DNA from: an uncultured virus (IMG/VR IMGVR_UViG_3300044640_001869)
Lineage: Duplodnaviria; Heunggongvirae; Uroviricota; Caudoviricetes
Length of the DNA stretch: 64,000 nucleotides
IMG/VR virus record: IMGVR_UViG_3300044640_001869
Span: 62,001-126,000 of that record
Strand: one strand, 5' to 3'
The translations under genes were made by a program, and so were the position numbers. Shown in pieces: positions 1-9,912 of the stretch. The notes below the pieces were generated by a model. That model was not told the origin of the DNA. It ran no database searches and saw nothing but the letters and a program-made list of their open reading frames with translations. Position 1 is the first letter of the stretch. Each line of letters starts with the position of its first letter.

Positions 1-39
1 CATATATATAACAATATCAATTAAAAGTTAAGAAAACAA

Positions 40-603
40 TTAATTATATTTATTAAAACGTAAGAACATTTCACGAGTTTTATCTAATTGTTCCTGTAAA
101 GGTTCAATTAAATCTTCATCAAAATCACTATCTAAATGTAATACAACTTCTTCATCGTCATTTTCATCTTCAGGAAAATAAATATCAAAACTACCCTCAT
201 AATCTTCATCCTCAAACGGTAACACATCACCTAAATCAAAAAATTCGATATCATCTTCAAAATCTACAGTTCCGTGTTTAACATCATCTTGTCTATCGGC
301 AATCATATCCAAAGGTGCTCCCACACTCATATAGTTGTTTTCTTCTTCTTGAAATAAACCTGTTGATTTACCATCATGTCTCATTTCATTGATTGACTCA
401 TTAATTCCAAAGTTTTTATACCCACTAACTTCACCTCTACTGTTAACGGTTATACCTTGTTTATCATTTGCCAGGTCTTGAACTGTAATTGGGTATGTAT
501 TACCTTGTCCGTATTCAGTAACATAACCATCGTAGATTGTTTTATGTTTATCTAAAATATTTTCACGTTCTTCGTTTGTTACTTTAAAAAAATATTGGTT
601 CAT
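40..603 (-). CDS. Acidic hypothetical protein with N-terminal leader (VTNEERENILDKH)
   Basis: 187-aa ORF; TATTTAT motif upstream (619-625). Confidence 0.8.
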   Translation of the reverse strand: MNQYFFKVTNEERENILDKHKTIYDGYVTEYGQGNTYPITVQDLANDKQGITVNSRGEVSGYKNFGINESINEMRHDGKSTGLFQEEENNYMSVGAPLDMIADRQDDVKHGTVDFEDDIEFFDLGDVLPFEDEDYEGSFDIYFPEDENDDEEVVLHLDSDFDEDLIEPLQEQLDKTREMFLRFNKYN

Positions 604-636
604 AATTTTTGTTTTCTTATAAATATCGTTTATTGA

Positions 637-1482
637 TTAATAATCATCTTCGTCCTCATCATCTTCATACCCATCTTCGTAGTAATCTTCATCATCCTCA
701 ATATCATCGTATTCCGGGTAATCTTGTTGTTTAATAGGTAATGTCATATATAATAACAAGAACTGTTGTGCATCCCTCCTCATAAGTCTCTCAACAGATT
801 CAGGTGTGATTTCTTTATTAGTCTCTTCAAGACTCTTCATAGCCCCACGTATCATAATATCTCTAACTTCGCCCGCATTATCCAAAACATATTGATATGC
901 TTTTTTATTGGTCTTATTAGTGTATCTTGTTTCGTGTTCGGCTCTTTCCTCACCACAAATTAAAAAATACGAAGCTTGTAACATATTGGTAAAACTAGCA
1001 TCTCTAACTGCGGTTAAATACTTTATCAATTTAGAAACCTCGTAATTCTTAAACTTATCTTTACTCTTTTTTAGTATGTTAACAACATCTTTGGCTCCCT
1101 CAGTTATTGATTTAACTTTGTTTTTTAAATTATCAAAATCCTCTTCAAACATCCAAACATCGTGGTCACTTTCAATATTTTTAATAGTTTTCATATGGTT
1201 CTCAATTTGAGATTCATTATTTGAATTATTAATCATATTATCTAAATCTTTAAGAGTGTCAATGTTTGAAATAATGTTTAATGACCCTGATTTATCCCAT
1301 CTAATTGAATAAATTGTTTCATCAACAAAGTTAACCCCATCTTTTAATACTGTCCCTCTCGATTTTGGTGGTATAGGACTAATTGGGTCAGACATTCTGA
1401 TTAATACGATTCTATCCCCTTTTTTTAAATCGGGACAAATATTGTTATTTAAATGTCTATCTAATAATCTTGAATGACTCAT
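637..1482 (-). CDS. Hypothetical protein, DUF4314-like N-terminus, acidic tail
   Basis: GDRIVLIRMSDP...RGTV...IRWD.SGSL pattern recalls DUF4314. Confidence 0.6.
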   Translation of the reverse strand: MSHSRLLDRHLNNNICPDLKKGDRIVLIRMSDPISPIPPKSRGTVLKDGVNFVDETIYSIRWDKSGSLNIISNIDTLKDLDNMINNSNNESQIENHMKTIKNIESDHDVWMFEEDFDNLKNKVKSITEGAKDVVNILKKSKDKFKNYEVSKLIKYLTAVRDASFTNMLQASYFLICGEERAEHETRYTNKTNKKAYQYVLDNAGEVRDIMIRGAMKSLEETNKEITPESVERLMRRDAQQFLLLYMTLPIKQQDYPEYDDIEDDEDYYEDGYEDDEDEDDY

Positions 1483-1529
1483 TTTTTTTTGTTTTAATAA
1501 TAAATATATATAATAAAGTATTTATTAGT

Positions 1530-2156
1530 ATGAGAACAATAATAATCACTGAACAACAAAGGAGAGTTATTTTACGAGAAATGGCCAATGAAGAAATGGA
1601 TAAAACAATTGGTGAAAATGACAATTTAATGAAACGTATTACTAAAGAGGCCTCGGACCAAATTAAATTTGACCTATCAATATTAGCAACATTTAGTATG
1701 TCTATTGGGGGTCTAATGGGTCCTGTTGAACAGTTTTTATCGGGGGAATATCCAACCGTCTCTCCTATGGAAAGAAGTTTAATATTGGCAGGTATCGCCT
1801 TTCAGTATATTATTGATAATAAAAAACCATTAAGATTATTAATTTCAAAAATCAAAGAGAAAGGTTTATATGAGACTTATAAAGCCGGACTTCAGAAAGC
1901 CGAATTATTAAAAGATTCTTTCTTATCTTTTGTTGAAAGTTTAGGTGTTAGTGTAAAAAAAACTTCAAACATAATCGGTTACACATTTTTAATACCTTTA
2001 GTACCGTTGATATACCAAATATCTACAAGTGGGGATTTTAATGAAAATCAAATCTATGAGGTTATTAAAAGACTATCAGGGTTTGTTGCACTTAATGTTG
2101 GGGGTATTTCTTTAAAAGAACTATTAGGTTTAATTGTTAAACGTTTTAGAAAATAA
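1530..2156 (+). CDS. Hypothetical protein with MRTIIITEQQ leader
   Basis: Start moved from 1470 to ATG 1530 (leader motif, TATTTAT at 1519-1525). Confidence 0.75.
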   Translation: MRTIIITEQQRRVILREMANEEMDKTIGENDNLMKRITKEASDQIKFDLSILATFSMSIGGLMGPVEQFLSGEYPTVSPMERSLILAGIAFQYIIDNKKPLRLLISKIKEKGLYETYKAGLQKAELLKDSFLSFVESLGVSVKKTSNIIGYTFLIPLVPLIYQISTSGDFNENQIYEVIKRLSGFVALNVGGISLKELLGLIVKRFRK

Positions 2157-2226
2157 TATTTGACTTTTAAGAAAACGTTGTATATTATTAGTTCTGTTAA
2201 TAAAATAAATCAAAAATAATAAATTT

Positions 2227-2829
2227 ATGTTTTCAAAAAGAAATCAACCATTTTATGGTGGCTTAGACAATTTTTTCAACGACACTACGTTGTTTGATAA
2301 TTTTTATAATGAACTAAAAAAAATTAGTGAACCTGTAGGTGAAACTAAAACTGAAACAGGTTACAATGAAGATGGTTCAAAATGGTATAAAAACACTTAT
2401 ACTACTAAAGATGGAAATTACACACAATCAGTTTATGTTAGTTCTAATTACCCAACTAACGAGTGGCCATCTAACTACAATTACCCAACTAATTGGGATT
2501 CACTTTTCCCAACTAAAGATTGGTTAACTAAAAATGAGTGGTCTTCATTTTTCCCAACTAACGAGTGGCCGACATACTCACCAAAAAGAAAAACAACAAC
2601 ACCAACAACAAATTCTCCTGTTACTGAGTTAAAAATTTCATTAAACAAAGCGATTAATACTCAAAACTATGAAGAAGCTATCAGATTGAGAGACGAAATC
2701 AGAGATTATGAAAAAAACAACTCACAAATCAATGATTTAACAACTTTGTTAAACAAGGCGATTAATTCTCAAAATTACGAAGACGCTATCAAGTATAGAG
2801 ATAAAATTAGTAAATTGAAAAACAAATAA
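2227..2829 (+). CDS. UvrB/UvrC-motif (UVR) protein with two tandem UVR motifs
   Basis: LNKAINTQNYEEAIRLRDEI and LNKAINSQNYEDAIKYRDKI; internal PTNEWP repeats. Confidence 0.75.
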   Translation: MFSKRNQPFYGGLDNFFNDTTLFDNFYNELKKISEPVGETKTETGYNEDGSKWYKNTYTTKDGNYTQSVYVSSNYPTNEWPSNYNYPTNWDSLFPTKDWLTKNEWSSFFPTNEWPTYSPKRKTTTPTTNSPVTELKISLNKAINTQNYEEAIRLRDEIRDYEKNNSQINDLTTLLNKAINSQNYEDAIKYRDKISKLKNK

Positions 2830-2844
2830 GATTTGTTAATTAAT

Positions 2845-2874
2845 AAAAAAGGTCATCAATTGATGACCTTTTTT
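2845..2874. terminator. Bidirectional intrinsic terminator
   Basis: AAAAAAGGTCATCAATTGATGACCTTTTTT perfect palindrome between convergent genes. Confidence 0.85.
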
Positions 2875-4097
2875 TATGCTTTATAATTAAGTATTTTTTC
2901 TATTACGATTTTCACCTCATCAGGATTTAACATATGGGTTTTTTTATGAGTGTCGAACCATTCTCTAACAACATCCTCTAAAGGTAATTTCCTTAATTTT
3001 GATAAACGTTTAAACCCATAATATTGTGCCGGTATTTCATGATTTCTTGAGTAATATTCTAAATTACTACCTTCAACATCCTCATAGTTTAATTCGCCCC
3101 TATAATTTTGTTTAAGGTGAACCATTTCGTGAGTCAATACCTCGTTAATCTCACCAATTAAATCATATAATTGTTGATTAATAGTTTTTGGATTATATTC
3201 GACAACCATTTCTATAACATCTTCCTCGTGTGAGTAGGCACCATTAACACCAAACCCACCAATAATGTCATTAAATCGTAAAGTTAATTCAACACTAAAT
3301 AATATCTTTTTATTTGTTAACTTATATTGAAGTTCTCCATTAATATCTTCAGGTAAATAAAATCCACCTTCTTCATTTTGTTTAATTATACTTACAATGT
3401 CTTTAACAACTGTTCTAATGGCTAATCTATCAATCATACCTTCATTAATTGTGTGTACATCGTGTTGATTTGTTTTATATGAACCATCAGGATTTTTTTC
3501 CCAAACCCCAACAACACGTTTCACATTGTTTTTAACTGTTTTTTGTTTTTTCTTATGGTTAAATTTAGTATCAACAAACTCACTAAATGGTGATAGTGTT
3601 TTATTTTTCCATTTTATTAACCCCAATTCTAATGGTCCGGTATATTCACCTGACGAAATACTTGTACTTGATTCATCAATATTTAACTTAATTTCTTCAT
3701 AATCCCCCTCAAGTTCTGACAAAGATACTAAAACTTCTTTAGTAATTGTCTCTTTAATATTAAGTGCTCTCAACATTTTTCTGGCCATACCACCTAAACT
3801 TCTTTCAATTCCTAATTGACGTAATGGTTTTTTTACATCATAAATTTCTTTATCTTCAGTTTTATATTCAGGATGTTCTTTTATAAGAAATGATATTATT
3901 CTTTTTGCGGTATCATTAAGATTAAAAATCTTGAAATTCAATAAATAAAAGTCTTTCCATTCACCAATACTAATCAATGGTTTTATCTCACCTGTTAACT
4001 CAAGAATATAGTCAAATGAATATATTTCTGACTCATAATGATAAGTTTTTTTTGACAGTAAATTATTTATTTTTTTTATGTAAGTTTCGTTGCTCAT
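2874..4097 (-). CDS. Multi-module protein with C-terminal HExxH zincin-like domain
   Basis: LTHEMVHLKQ...YYSRNHEIPA. Confidence 0.65.
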   Translation of the reverse strand: MSNETYIKKINNLLSKKTYHYESEIYSFDYILELTGEIKPLISIGEWKDFYLLNFKIFNLNDTAKRIISFLIKEHPEYKTEDKEIYDVKKPLRQLGIERSLGGMARKMLRALNIKETITKEVLVSLSELEGDYEEIKLNIDESSTSISSGEYTGPLELGLIKWKNKTLSPFSEFVDTKFNHKKKQKTVKNNVKRVVGVWEKNPDGSYKTNQHDVHTINEGMIDRLAIRTVVKDIVSIIKQNEEGGFYLPEDINGELQYKLTNKKILFSVELTLRFNDIIGGFGVNGAYSHEEDVIEMVVEYNPKTINQQLYDLIGEINEVLTHEMVHLKQNYRGELNYEDVEGSNLEYYSRNHEIPAQYYGFKRLSKLRKLPLEDVVREWFDTHKKTHMLNPDEVKIVIEKILNYKA

Positions 4098-4161
4098 ATT
4101 ACCATATTAATATACTTATAAATACCGAAAAGGTATTAAATGTAAACTCTATTTTATTTTT

Positions 4162-4575
4162 ATGGAATTAATTTCTAGTCATCCAATCAAAAAGTCCGAT
4201 TTAGGATTTCACGGTAATTTATTTGGTGGTTCGTTACTTAAATGGATTGACTCAGCGGCAGCGGGTTACGCGATGCAATTATGTGATACCCCAAGAATGG
4301 TTACAGTCTCAATAGATAAGTGTAATTTTGAAAAACCCGCTAAAGAAAATCAATTATTGAAAATCTATGGTTTTCCGTCTAAAATTGGTAATACTTCCAT
4401 AACAATCTATATGGAGGCGAGGTCTCACAACGTTTATACAGGTAAACAAGAACTTGTATTGAAAACTAACATTACGTTTGTTAGAATCGACGATGGGGGT
4501 TCTCCAATTCCAATAAGTGAAAGAGTGAAAAATAAAATCAATAAGATTTTTGAAGAGAAAGTTGAATTAGTCTAA
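4162..4575 (+). CDS. Hotdog-fold acyl-CoA thioesterase
   Basis: DLGFHGNLFGGSLLKWIDSAA, VTVSID, GNTSI, TFVRID. Confidence 0.85.
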   Translation: MELISSHPIKKSDLGFHGNLFGGSLLKWIDSAAAGYAMQLCDTPRMVTVSIDKCNFEKPAKENQLLKIYGFPSKIGNTSITIYMEARSHNVYTGKQELVLKTNITFVRIDDGGSPIPISERVKNKINKIFEEKVELV

Positions 4576-5754
4576 TACAGTAATTGATACTTTTAGATTT
4601 CCACTTCCTTTAATAACTCTATGATACACACCTTCGGGGATGATAACACTCATCCCTTTTTCTAAATTAAACGGTAATTCATCATCAAATTGTAATTGCC
4701 AACCTTCACCTTCAATAACTTCAACTAATCTATCCTCACGGTCTCTATGCCACTTCAATTCGTGATTATCAATACTTTCAGTAAATAACCTAACTTTTTT
4801 ACCTTCACTTATCGTTTCATCGTATGGAACTTCTTTTTTCTTAGTAAATAAATTAAGTAAGATAACTAATATAGTTCCACCCGGTAAAATAAACAAACTA
4901 GCCATACCTAAACGTTTAGCCGTTCTCTTGAATACTTGTTTTAATTCTTTTGAAATTTCTTCACGTTCTTCTTTTGTTAAATCTTTTTTCTTTGTGATTA
5001 AATGTTTGAAAGCTGTTTTAGCATCATCACTAGAATTTTTTAATTCTTCTTTAAATGTGGTTTTTATTTTATCAGTGTTTTTCTTAATGAAATCTTTAAT
5101 ATCATCCATTTTACCCTCATTGATTTCACTTGGTTCGTTTTTAACAAAATCAACAGTTAAACCGTAACCTTGAATAATACCATCCATATATTCGTGTCCA
5201 AGTAGTTCAGTGCAAATATAATTTAATTCTCTTTCGATTATAGGGTTATCAACTCTTAGGATTTCTTCTTGATTTCCATTGTTTATACAGGTTGCATATA
5301 CACTAAAACTCATTCTATATCCACCAACCCAATTATTGTTAATAACTTCAACATCATCAATATTAATACTAATTTCATTACCAACAACACGTTGTCTTTT
5401 AACATATTTATCAACCTCTTCTTGTAATTCTTTTTTGTATTGGTTTGCTTTATATTTTAAAGTATCAAAGTTTCTGGGAATTATTGTATTAATAAACAAA
5501 TTAGTTTCTAATGTCTTATGTAAACCCATTGTTTTCCATACCTTATGAAATATATGTGTAAAATCGGCAAAAACTTTTAATTCAGGAATTTTAACATAAA
5601 CTTCGTATTTTGAACCTCTATGTGTTTTAACTTTATTAACTAAATCAATTGTCGGAGTTGATTCAATTTTAACGCGACTGTCATTATATTGATTATAATT
5701 TTTAACAGTCTTCTCTAATATTTTGTCAAATAAAAATTTAATTTTTTCTTCCAT
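4567..5754 (-). CDS. Multi-module protein with C-terminal cupin domain
   Basis: LKWHRDREDR...IPEGVYHRVIKG cupin motifs. Confidence 0.65.
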   Translation of the reverse strand: MEEKIKFLFDKILEKTVKNYNQYNDSRVKIESTPTIDLVNKVKTHRGSKYEVYVKIPELKVFADFTHIFHKVWKTMGLHKTLETNLFINTIIPRNFDTLKYKANQYKKELQEEVDKYVKRQRVVGNEISINIDDVEVINNNWVGGYRMSFSVYATCINNGNQEEILRVDNPIIERELNYICTELLGHEYMDGIIQGYGLTVDFVKNEPSEINEGKMDDIKDFIKKNTDKIKTTFKEELKNSSDDAKTAFKHLITKKKDLTKEEREEISKELKQVFKRTAKRLGMASLFILPGGTILVILLNLFTKKKEVPYDETISEGKKVRLFTESIDNHELKWHRDREDRLVEVIEGEGWQLQFDDELPFNLEKGMSVIIPEGVYHRVIKGSGNLKVSITVLD

Positions 5755-5755
5755 A

Positions 5756-7150
5756 TTACCAACTACTTGATGATTTTAATCCCAATTTTTTAGCGTATCG
5801 ACCAACATTACAAGACCAATACCCTGCCGTTGTTCTATCTTTCTTTTGGTCACACTTATGTCTTGCTCTAAATGATTTTGCTCGACCTTTATTTGCGTTT
5901 TTAACTCTTAAATTGGGGTCACCAAATGTCACCTTTTTAACTGTTCCTTTACCTGTCTTAACATACACCGCAAATTTCTTAGGACCACCCGGTGTTCTGA
6001 ATGGACTACCTATTTTTACATTCTTACCTCGGTGTAATGCTTCATTAATAGAATCCTCCAATTCTTCGTGTTTGAATACTGTTGAATCAAAATTTCTTTT
6101 ATCAATTGGGGAATACTCAAAAAGAAAACTATCTCTACCAAATGGGTCGCGAGCATCGACATCCATTTTTTCTAAATCTTTCTTATAGAAATTCGGTTCA
6201 TTTCTATCCATAAAGACAAAATAATCAAAATCTAAATCTAAAAATCTTTTGAAATGTGGAACACCGGTAACTTTAAAATGTCTGATAATTGTTTTAAATA
6301 AAATGTTATAAACATTACCCATTAAGAATAATTTAGTAATACCATCAAATGTTATACTAAAATATCTCATAGACCCCATTTTTTTAATGATTTTTACTAC
6401 GTGGTCTTTATCTAAATTTAATTTCTCTCTAAGTTCTCTTTCATCTTCATTTTCTTCTTCATACATTGGTGCGTCTAAGTAAACCTCTTCACCATTTTCA
6501 AGTAACACTTTTTTACCTAAATCAGATTCAACAATCCAAGAATCTTCTTCATTTAATCTGATTAAATCTCTATTATAAAGTGACCTAACTTCATTAATTA
6601 ATTTGAAATATTTCTCTGAATAAATTCTAAATACGTTTTCTGATAATGTAATTTCGTTATCTAAATGGTATTGTAAATCCTTTGAAACTTTAACATTTTC
6701 CTTCACACCCATTTTAGTTTTTTTACCCCACTTTTTACCTTTACCTTTAGTTCCACAAGCTGATGGGGTTGGTCTACAAGCCGGATATTTTGACCTATCT
6801 TCACCATCACTTCTACCACAAGATTTACAAGTTTTTTTACCGTTTGAGTCTGTTCTACAAGTGTTACAATCAACCCAACCTTGAGATTTACCTTTCCCAC
6901 CTTGTCTTGAAAACCATCCGTGTAATCCCGACTCATTTTCTTTACTATAATCTGTTTTAGTTGCTTCATCAAGTGATTCAACTTCTTCTTTCCATATTTT
7001 TCCTTGACGACATTTAACAACCGCACCTGAAGCATACGCTGACGGCCAAGTATCATATTTTTGTTTGGCTAATCTCACACATCTATCATCTTTTTTATTC
7101 TTTTTCTTTGATTCTGATAATACATCAAGAACTATTTTTTTAACATCCAT
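5756..7150 (-). CDS. Modular Cys/Lys-rich phage protein
   Basis: WPSAYASG, WVDCNTC...CGR...YPACRPT, SFRARHKCD...GYWSC modules typical of large phages. Confidence 0.7.
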   Translation of the reverse strand: MDVKKIVLDVLSESKKKNKKDDRCVRLAKQKYDTWPSAYASGAVVKCRQGKIWKEEVESLDEATKTDYSKENESGLHGWFSRQGGKGKSQGWVDCNTCRTDSNGKKTCKSCGRSDGEDRSKYPACRPTPSACGTKGKGKKWGKKTKMGVKENVKVSKDLQYHLDNEITLSENVFRIYSEKYFKLINEVRSLYNRDLIRLNEEDSWIVESDLGKKVLLENGEEVYLDAPMYEEENEDERELREKLNLDKDHVVKIIKKMGSMRYFSITFDGITKLFLMGNVYNILFKTIIRHFKVTGVPHFKRFLDLDFDYFVFMDRNEPNFYKKDLEKMDVDARDPFGRDSFLFEYSPIDKRNFDSTVFKHEELEDSINEALHRGKNVKIGSPFRTPGGPKKFAVYVKTGKGTVKKVTFGDPNLRVKNANKGRAKSFRARHKCDQKKDRTTAGYWSCNVGRYAKKLGLKSSSSW

Positions 7151-7191
7151 TATTTGTTGTTTTATATTATAAATATCACTACATTTGACTT

Positions 7192-7596
7192 ATGAATGGA
7201 AAAATTTTATATCTCTTGAGAGGTTTACCTGGAGCGGGTAAATCAACGTTAGCAAAATCTATCGGTGCTGTTTATTTTGAAGCTGATATGTTCTTTATGG
7301 AAGGTAATGAATATAAATTCAACCCCCTTAAATTAAAGGACGCTCACGCTTGGTGTCAAAACCAAGTTAGAATATCTATGAAGAACGCAAATGGTGGAAT
7401 GACACCAACAAGAATCGCAGTTGCTAATACATTCACCCAAGAATGGGAAATGGATGTTTATTATGAATTGGCAAAAGAATTCGGATTCACAGTGTTTTCA
7501 ATGGTTGTTGAAAATAGACACGGTGGTGTTAATCAACATAACGTTCCTGAAGATAAGTTAGAAATAATGAAGAATCGTTTTGAGTTAAAACTGTAA
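7192..7596 (+). CDS. P-loop (AAA_33-like) kinase
   Basis: LRGLPGAGKST, EADMFF, AHAWCQ, HNVPEDKL. Confidence 0.8.
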   Translation: MNGKILYLLRGLPGAGKSTLAKSIGAVYFEADMFFMEGNEYKFNPLKLKDAHAWCQNQVRISMKNANGGMTPTRIAVANTFTQEWEMDVYYELAKEFGFTVFSMVVENRHGGVNQHNVPEDKLEIMKNRFELKL

Positions 7597-7600
7597 AGTT

Positions 7601-7822
7601 TTACTTAGAACGATTTCGAAAGAAGAAATATAAACCAAAGAAAAACCCCGAAATACCATACAAAATTAAATTTGCTTTCATTAAACTTCCTGTTAGAGTA
7701 TAAAGATAATATTGAACCGCATCGAACCCAAAAGGATTGAAGAACATTCCCAAGACAAGACATTTCACTGCCACATTTCCCATAAATATTTGTTTCCAAG
7801 TCTTGTTTCCTACTCTCATCAT
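7601..7822 (-). CDS. Small membrane protein
   Basis: Two hydrophobic segments, FFNPFGFD. Confidence 0.6.
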   Translation of the reverse strand: MMRVGNKTWKQIFMGNVAVKCLVLGMFFNPFGFDAVQYYLYTLTGSLMKANLILYGISGFFFGLYFFFRNRSK

Positions 7823-7921
7823 CCATATATTTTAAATTAAAATTTATGCTCATTTTAGCACAACCGATGGTTAATTATAAATATTCAAATATTTATTAAA
7901 AGAAAAATAAAATATTGACAT

Positions 7922-8449
7922 ATGAAAAGAATTATAATAGACGAAAAAGAACTTAGAAAAATTATTCGAACAAAAATAATGGAACAAGTTTCTAATGGTG
8001 AACAAGATGAAGAACAAAAACCAAGATGTTTGACAAACAACGTCATTAATTTAGATGATATTGTTGGTAGTGTTAAAGACGCCGCTAGTTATTCACCAGG
8101 TGTTTATAAAAGACAAAACGGTGTAAATTCAATCGTTGATACTTTAGGTATTTTAAATAACATCAGATTATTCAAAGATATCAAAGATGGTGGTGCTCAT
8201 TTGTCATACGAAATGATGAATCACTTAAATCAATTTAGAAATAAAAATTATTATGATGAAACTACAGGTAATTGTCATAAAGCAATGGATAAAGTAATTG
8301 AACTTTACAAAGAACACGAACACGGGACAGAATTAGTTAAAGATATTGAAAGGATTCTTAATATTCAAAGTAGAGAGGATGAATTAACACCATCGGCTAG
8401 GTCTAAAGAATATTTAAAACAATGTCTTAACCTGTTAAAAGGTAAATAA
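7922..8449 (+). CDS. Hypothetical protein with MKRIIIDE leader
   Basis: 175-aa ORF; TATTTAT 7890-7896. Confidence 0.75.
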   Translation: MKRIIIDEKELRKIIRTKIMEQVSNGEQDEEQKPRCLTNNVINLDDIVGSVKDAASYSPGVYKRQNGVNSIVDTLGILNNIRLFKDIKDGGAHLSYEMMNHLNQFRNKNYYDETTGNCHKAMDKVIELYKEHEHGTELVKDIERILNIQSREDELTPSARSKEYLKQCLNLLKGK

Positions 8450-8452
8450 TTT

Positions 8453-8519
8453 TCAGTTAGGACCGTTACCGTTTCGGTAACACTGACTAGGGGGAGGTTC
8501 GCTACCATCCCCCTTTTTT
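8453..8519 (+). other. Structured intergenic element ending in terminator hairpin
   Basis: TCAGT..GTTACCG-TTT-CGGTAAC-ACTGA stem, then GGGGA-GGTTCGCTACC-ATCCCC and T6. Confidence 0.5.
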
Positions 8520-8549
8520 AATGCCTGATATTTATCAATAAAAACAGTT

Positions 8550-8828
8550 ATGAAAAAAATTAAATGGTTATTCACTGAATTAATGAATATGTATTCAGCA
8601 AGAACATCTTACTTTTCTAAAAAAAGAATTGAGTCAGGTATCGCATTTGTAATCGCACAATGGGGTATGATTTTCTTCTTATTGGAAAAACATTCGACAT
8701 TAAGTATGGGTGAATTTTTACTTTGGGCTACCGCCGAATTCGCAGTTGCGGGATGGATGATTAGTAAAATTCAAAAAGAAAAATCAACCAATACTGAAAA
8801 CACTGATGAAACAGAAAACCCTCAATAA
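8550..8828 (+). CDS. Two-TM membrane protein (holin-like)
   Basis: SKKRIES then two TM helices and a charged tail. Confidence 0.5.
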   Translation: MKKIKWLFTELMNMYSARTSYFSKKRIESGIAFVIAQWGMIFFLLEKHSTLSMGEFLLWATAEFAVAGWMISKIQKEKSTNTENTDETENPQ

Positions 8829-8840
8829 AGAGGGTTTTTT
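8815..8840. terminator. Bidirectional terminator
   Basis: AAAACCCTC-AATAAA-GAGGGTTTT. Confidence 0.75.
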
Positions 8841-9358
8841 TATTTTAGAAAATCAATAATTTTATCTTTAACTCCGGATTGTTTGATTCCTTCATTATAT
8901 GGTCGTTTAGTTTGAACGAAATTTTCTAATTTAGATAAGTCCATATCATCAACCGCAACCCAATGTGTTACTTCAGGATGGTCTTCCAAATACTTTTTAA
9001 TTTCTAATACTCGTATTTCCTCGAAATCAAGAGTCGCTTTTAATAAATGTTCCGCACCCTCATCAAAAGTCTTTAAATTAGGTGTGTAGTCAATTGGTGG
9101 TTTAATTCCACGGGTAACAAACATTTTTTTCATTTGTTCTAATGTCCCTTGTAATTTCCAATCTGATGATATAACAAGTTCACAACCGGTAATATCAACA
9201 ATACTGTTTAATAGTTTAACCGCCTTAACATCAAAGTTATCCATTCGGATATCCAATGGTGTTTCAGGGTTACTATCAAACCCCACTTTCTTAAAACGTC
9301 CACCCCAATTACTCGACAAACAGATAACTCCGTCGTGGTCTAAAAATAATACTTTCAT
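8840..9358 (-). CDS. HAD-domain protein (Swiss-Army-knife RNA-repair type)
   Basis: VLFLDHDGVI, ISSDWK, WVAVDD. Confidence 0.8.
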   Translation of the reverse strand: MKVLFLDHDGVICLSSNWGGRFKKVGFDSNPETPLDIRMDNFDVKAVKLLNSIVDITGCELVISSDWKLQGTLEQMKKMFVTRGIKPPIDYTPNLKTFDEGAEHLLKATLDFEEIRVLEIKKYLEDHPEVTHWVAVDDMDLSKLENFVQTKRPYNEGIKQSGVKDKIIDFLK

Positions 9359-9361
9359 AAT

Positions 9362-9844
9362 TTATTTAATTTGGTATGCGAAATATATCTCTTTTCTCAA
9401 TTTTATTGCGTCTTCGTAGTTACCGATAACCACACCATTCTTGATTGTGAATGCGTGTCCTTTAACTATGATGAAGAATGTTCCTTCAGGGTATTTCTTA
9501 ATGAATGTCCCAACAGTCATTTTTCTTTTAACAACCTCACCCTTTACTTTAACATCGTAATGTAATGCTCCGTATGTTCCACCAATCGGTTTAATTTTCT
9601 TGTAATTACAAGTATAACGAACTTCCGCCAATTTGTTAAGTGTTGCGAATGTACCACGAGTTCCTTGTCTTGGTTGTCTACCAAATTTCTCAGAGATAAT
9701 CTTCCACGCCTTGTCATATGGAATATCAAACGATGACGCAAATGCTCTTACAACACAATCATTAGTTTCAGATTTAGCGATTTTTGACTCGTCGTATCCT
9801 TTAATCGCTTTAGATGTTATTTCGTATGGTGCTTTCGTTTTCAT
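9362..9844 (-). CDS. Conserved phage protein (NDCVVRA family)
   Basis: ETNDCVVRAFA ... GHAFTIKNG; TATCTTTG promoter 9849-9856. Confidence 0.7.
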   Translation of the reverse strand: MKTKAPYEITSKAIKGYDESKIAKSETNDCVVRAFASSFDIPYDKAWKIISEKFGRQPRQGTRGTFATLNKLAEVRYTCNYKKIKPIGGTYGALHYDVKVKGEVVKRKMTVGTFIKKYPEGTFFIIVKGHAFTIKNGVVIGNYEDAIKLRKEIYFAYQIK

Positions 9845-9912
9845 ATCTCAAAGATATAAAAAATCCCCAAAGTAAAACAACCTTGGGGATAAATTTTTTC
9901 TAAAACTATTGA

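Noticed and set aside
8490..8515. tRNA suggested by GGTTCG
   Set aside because: No cloverleaf, D-arm or anticodon arm; no tRNA recognised anywhere in the window.
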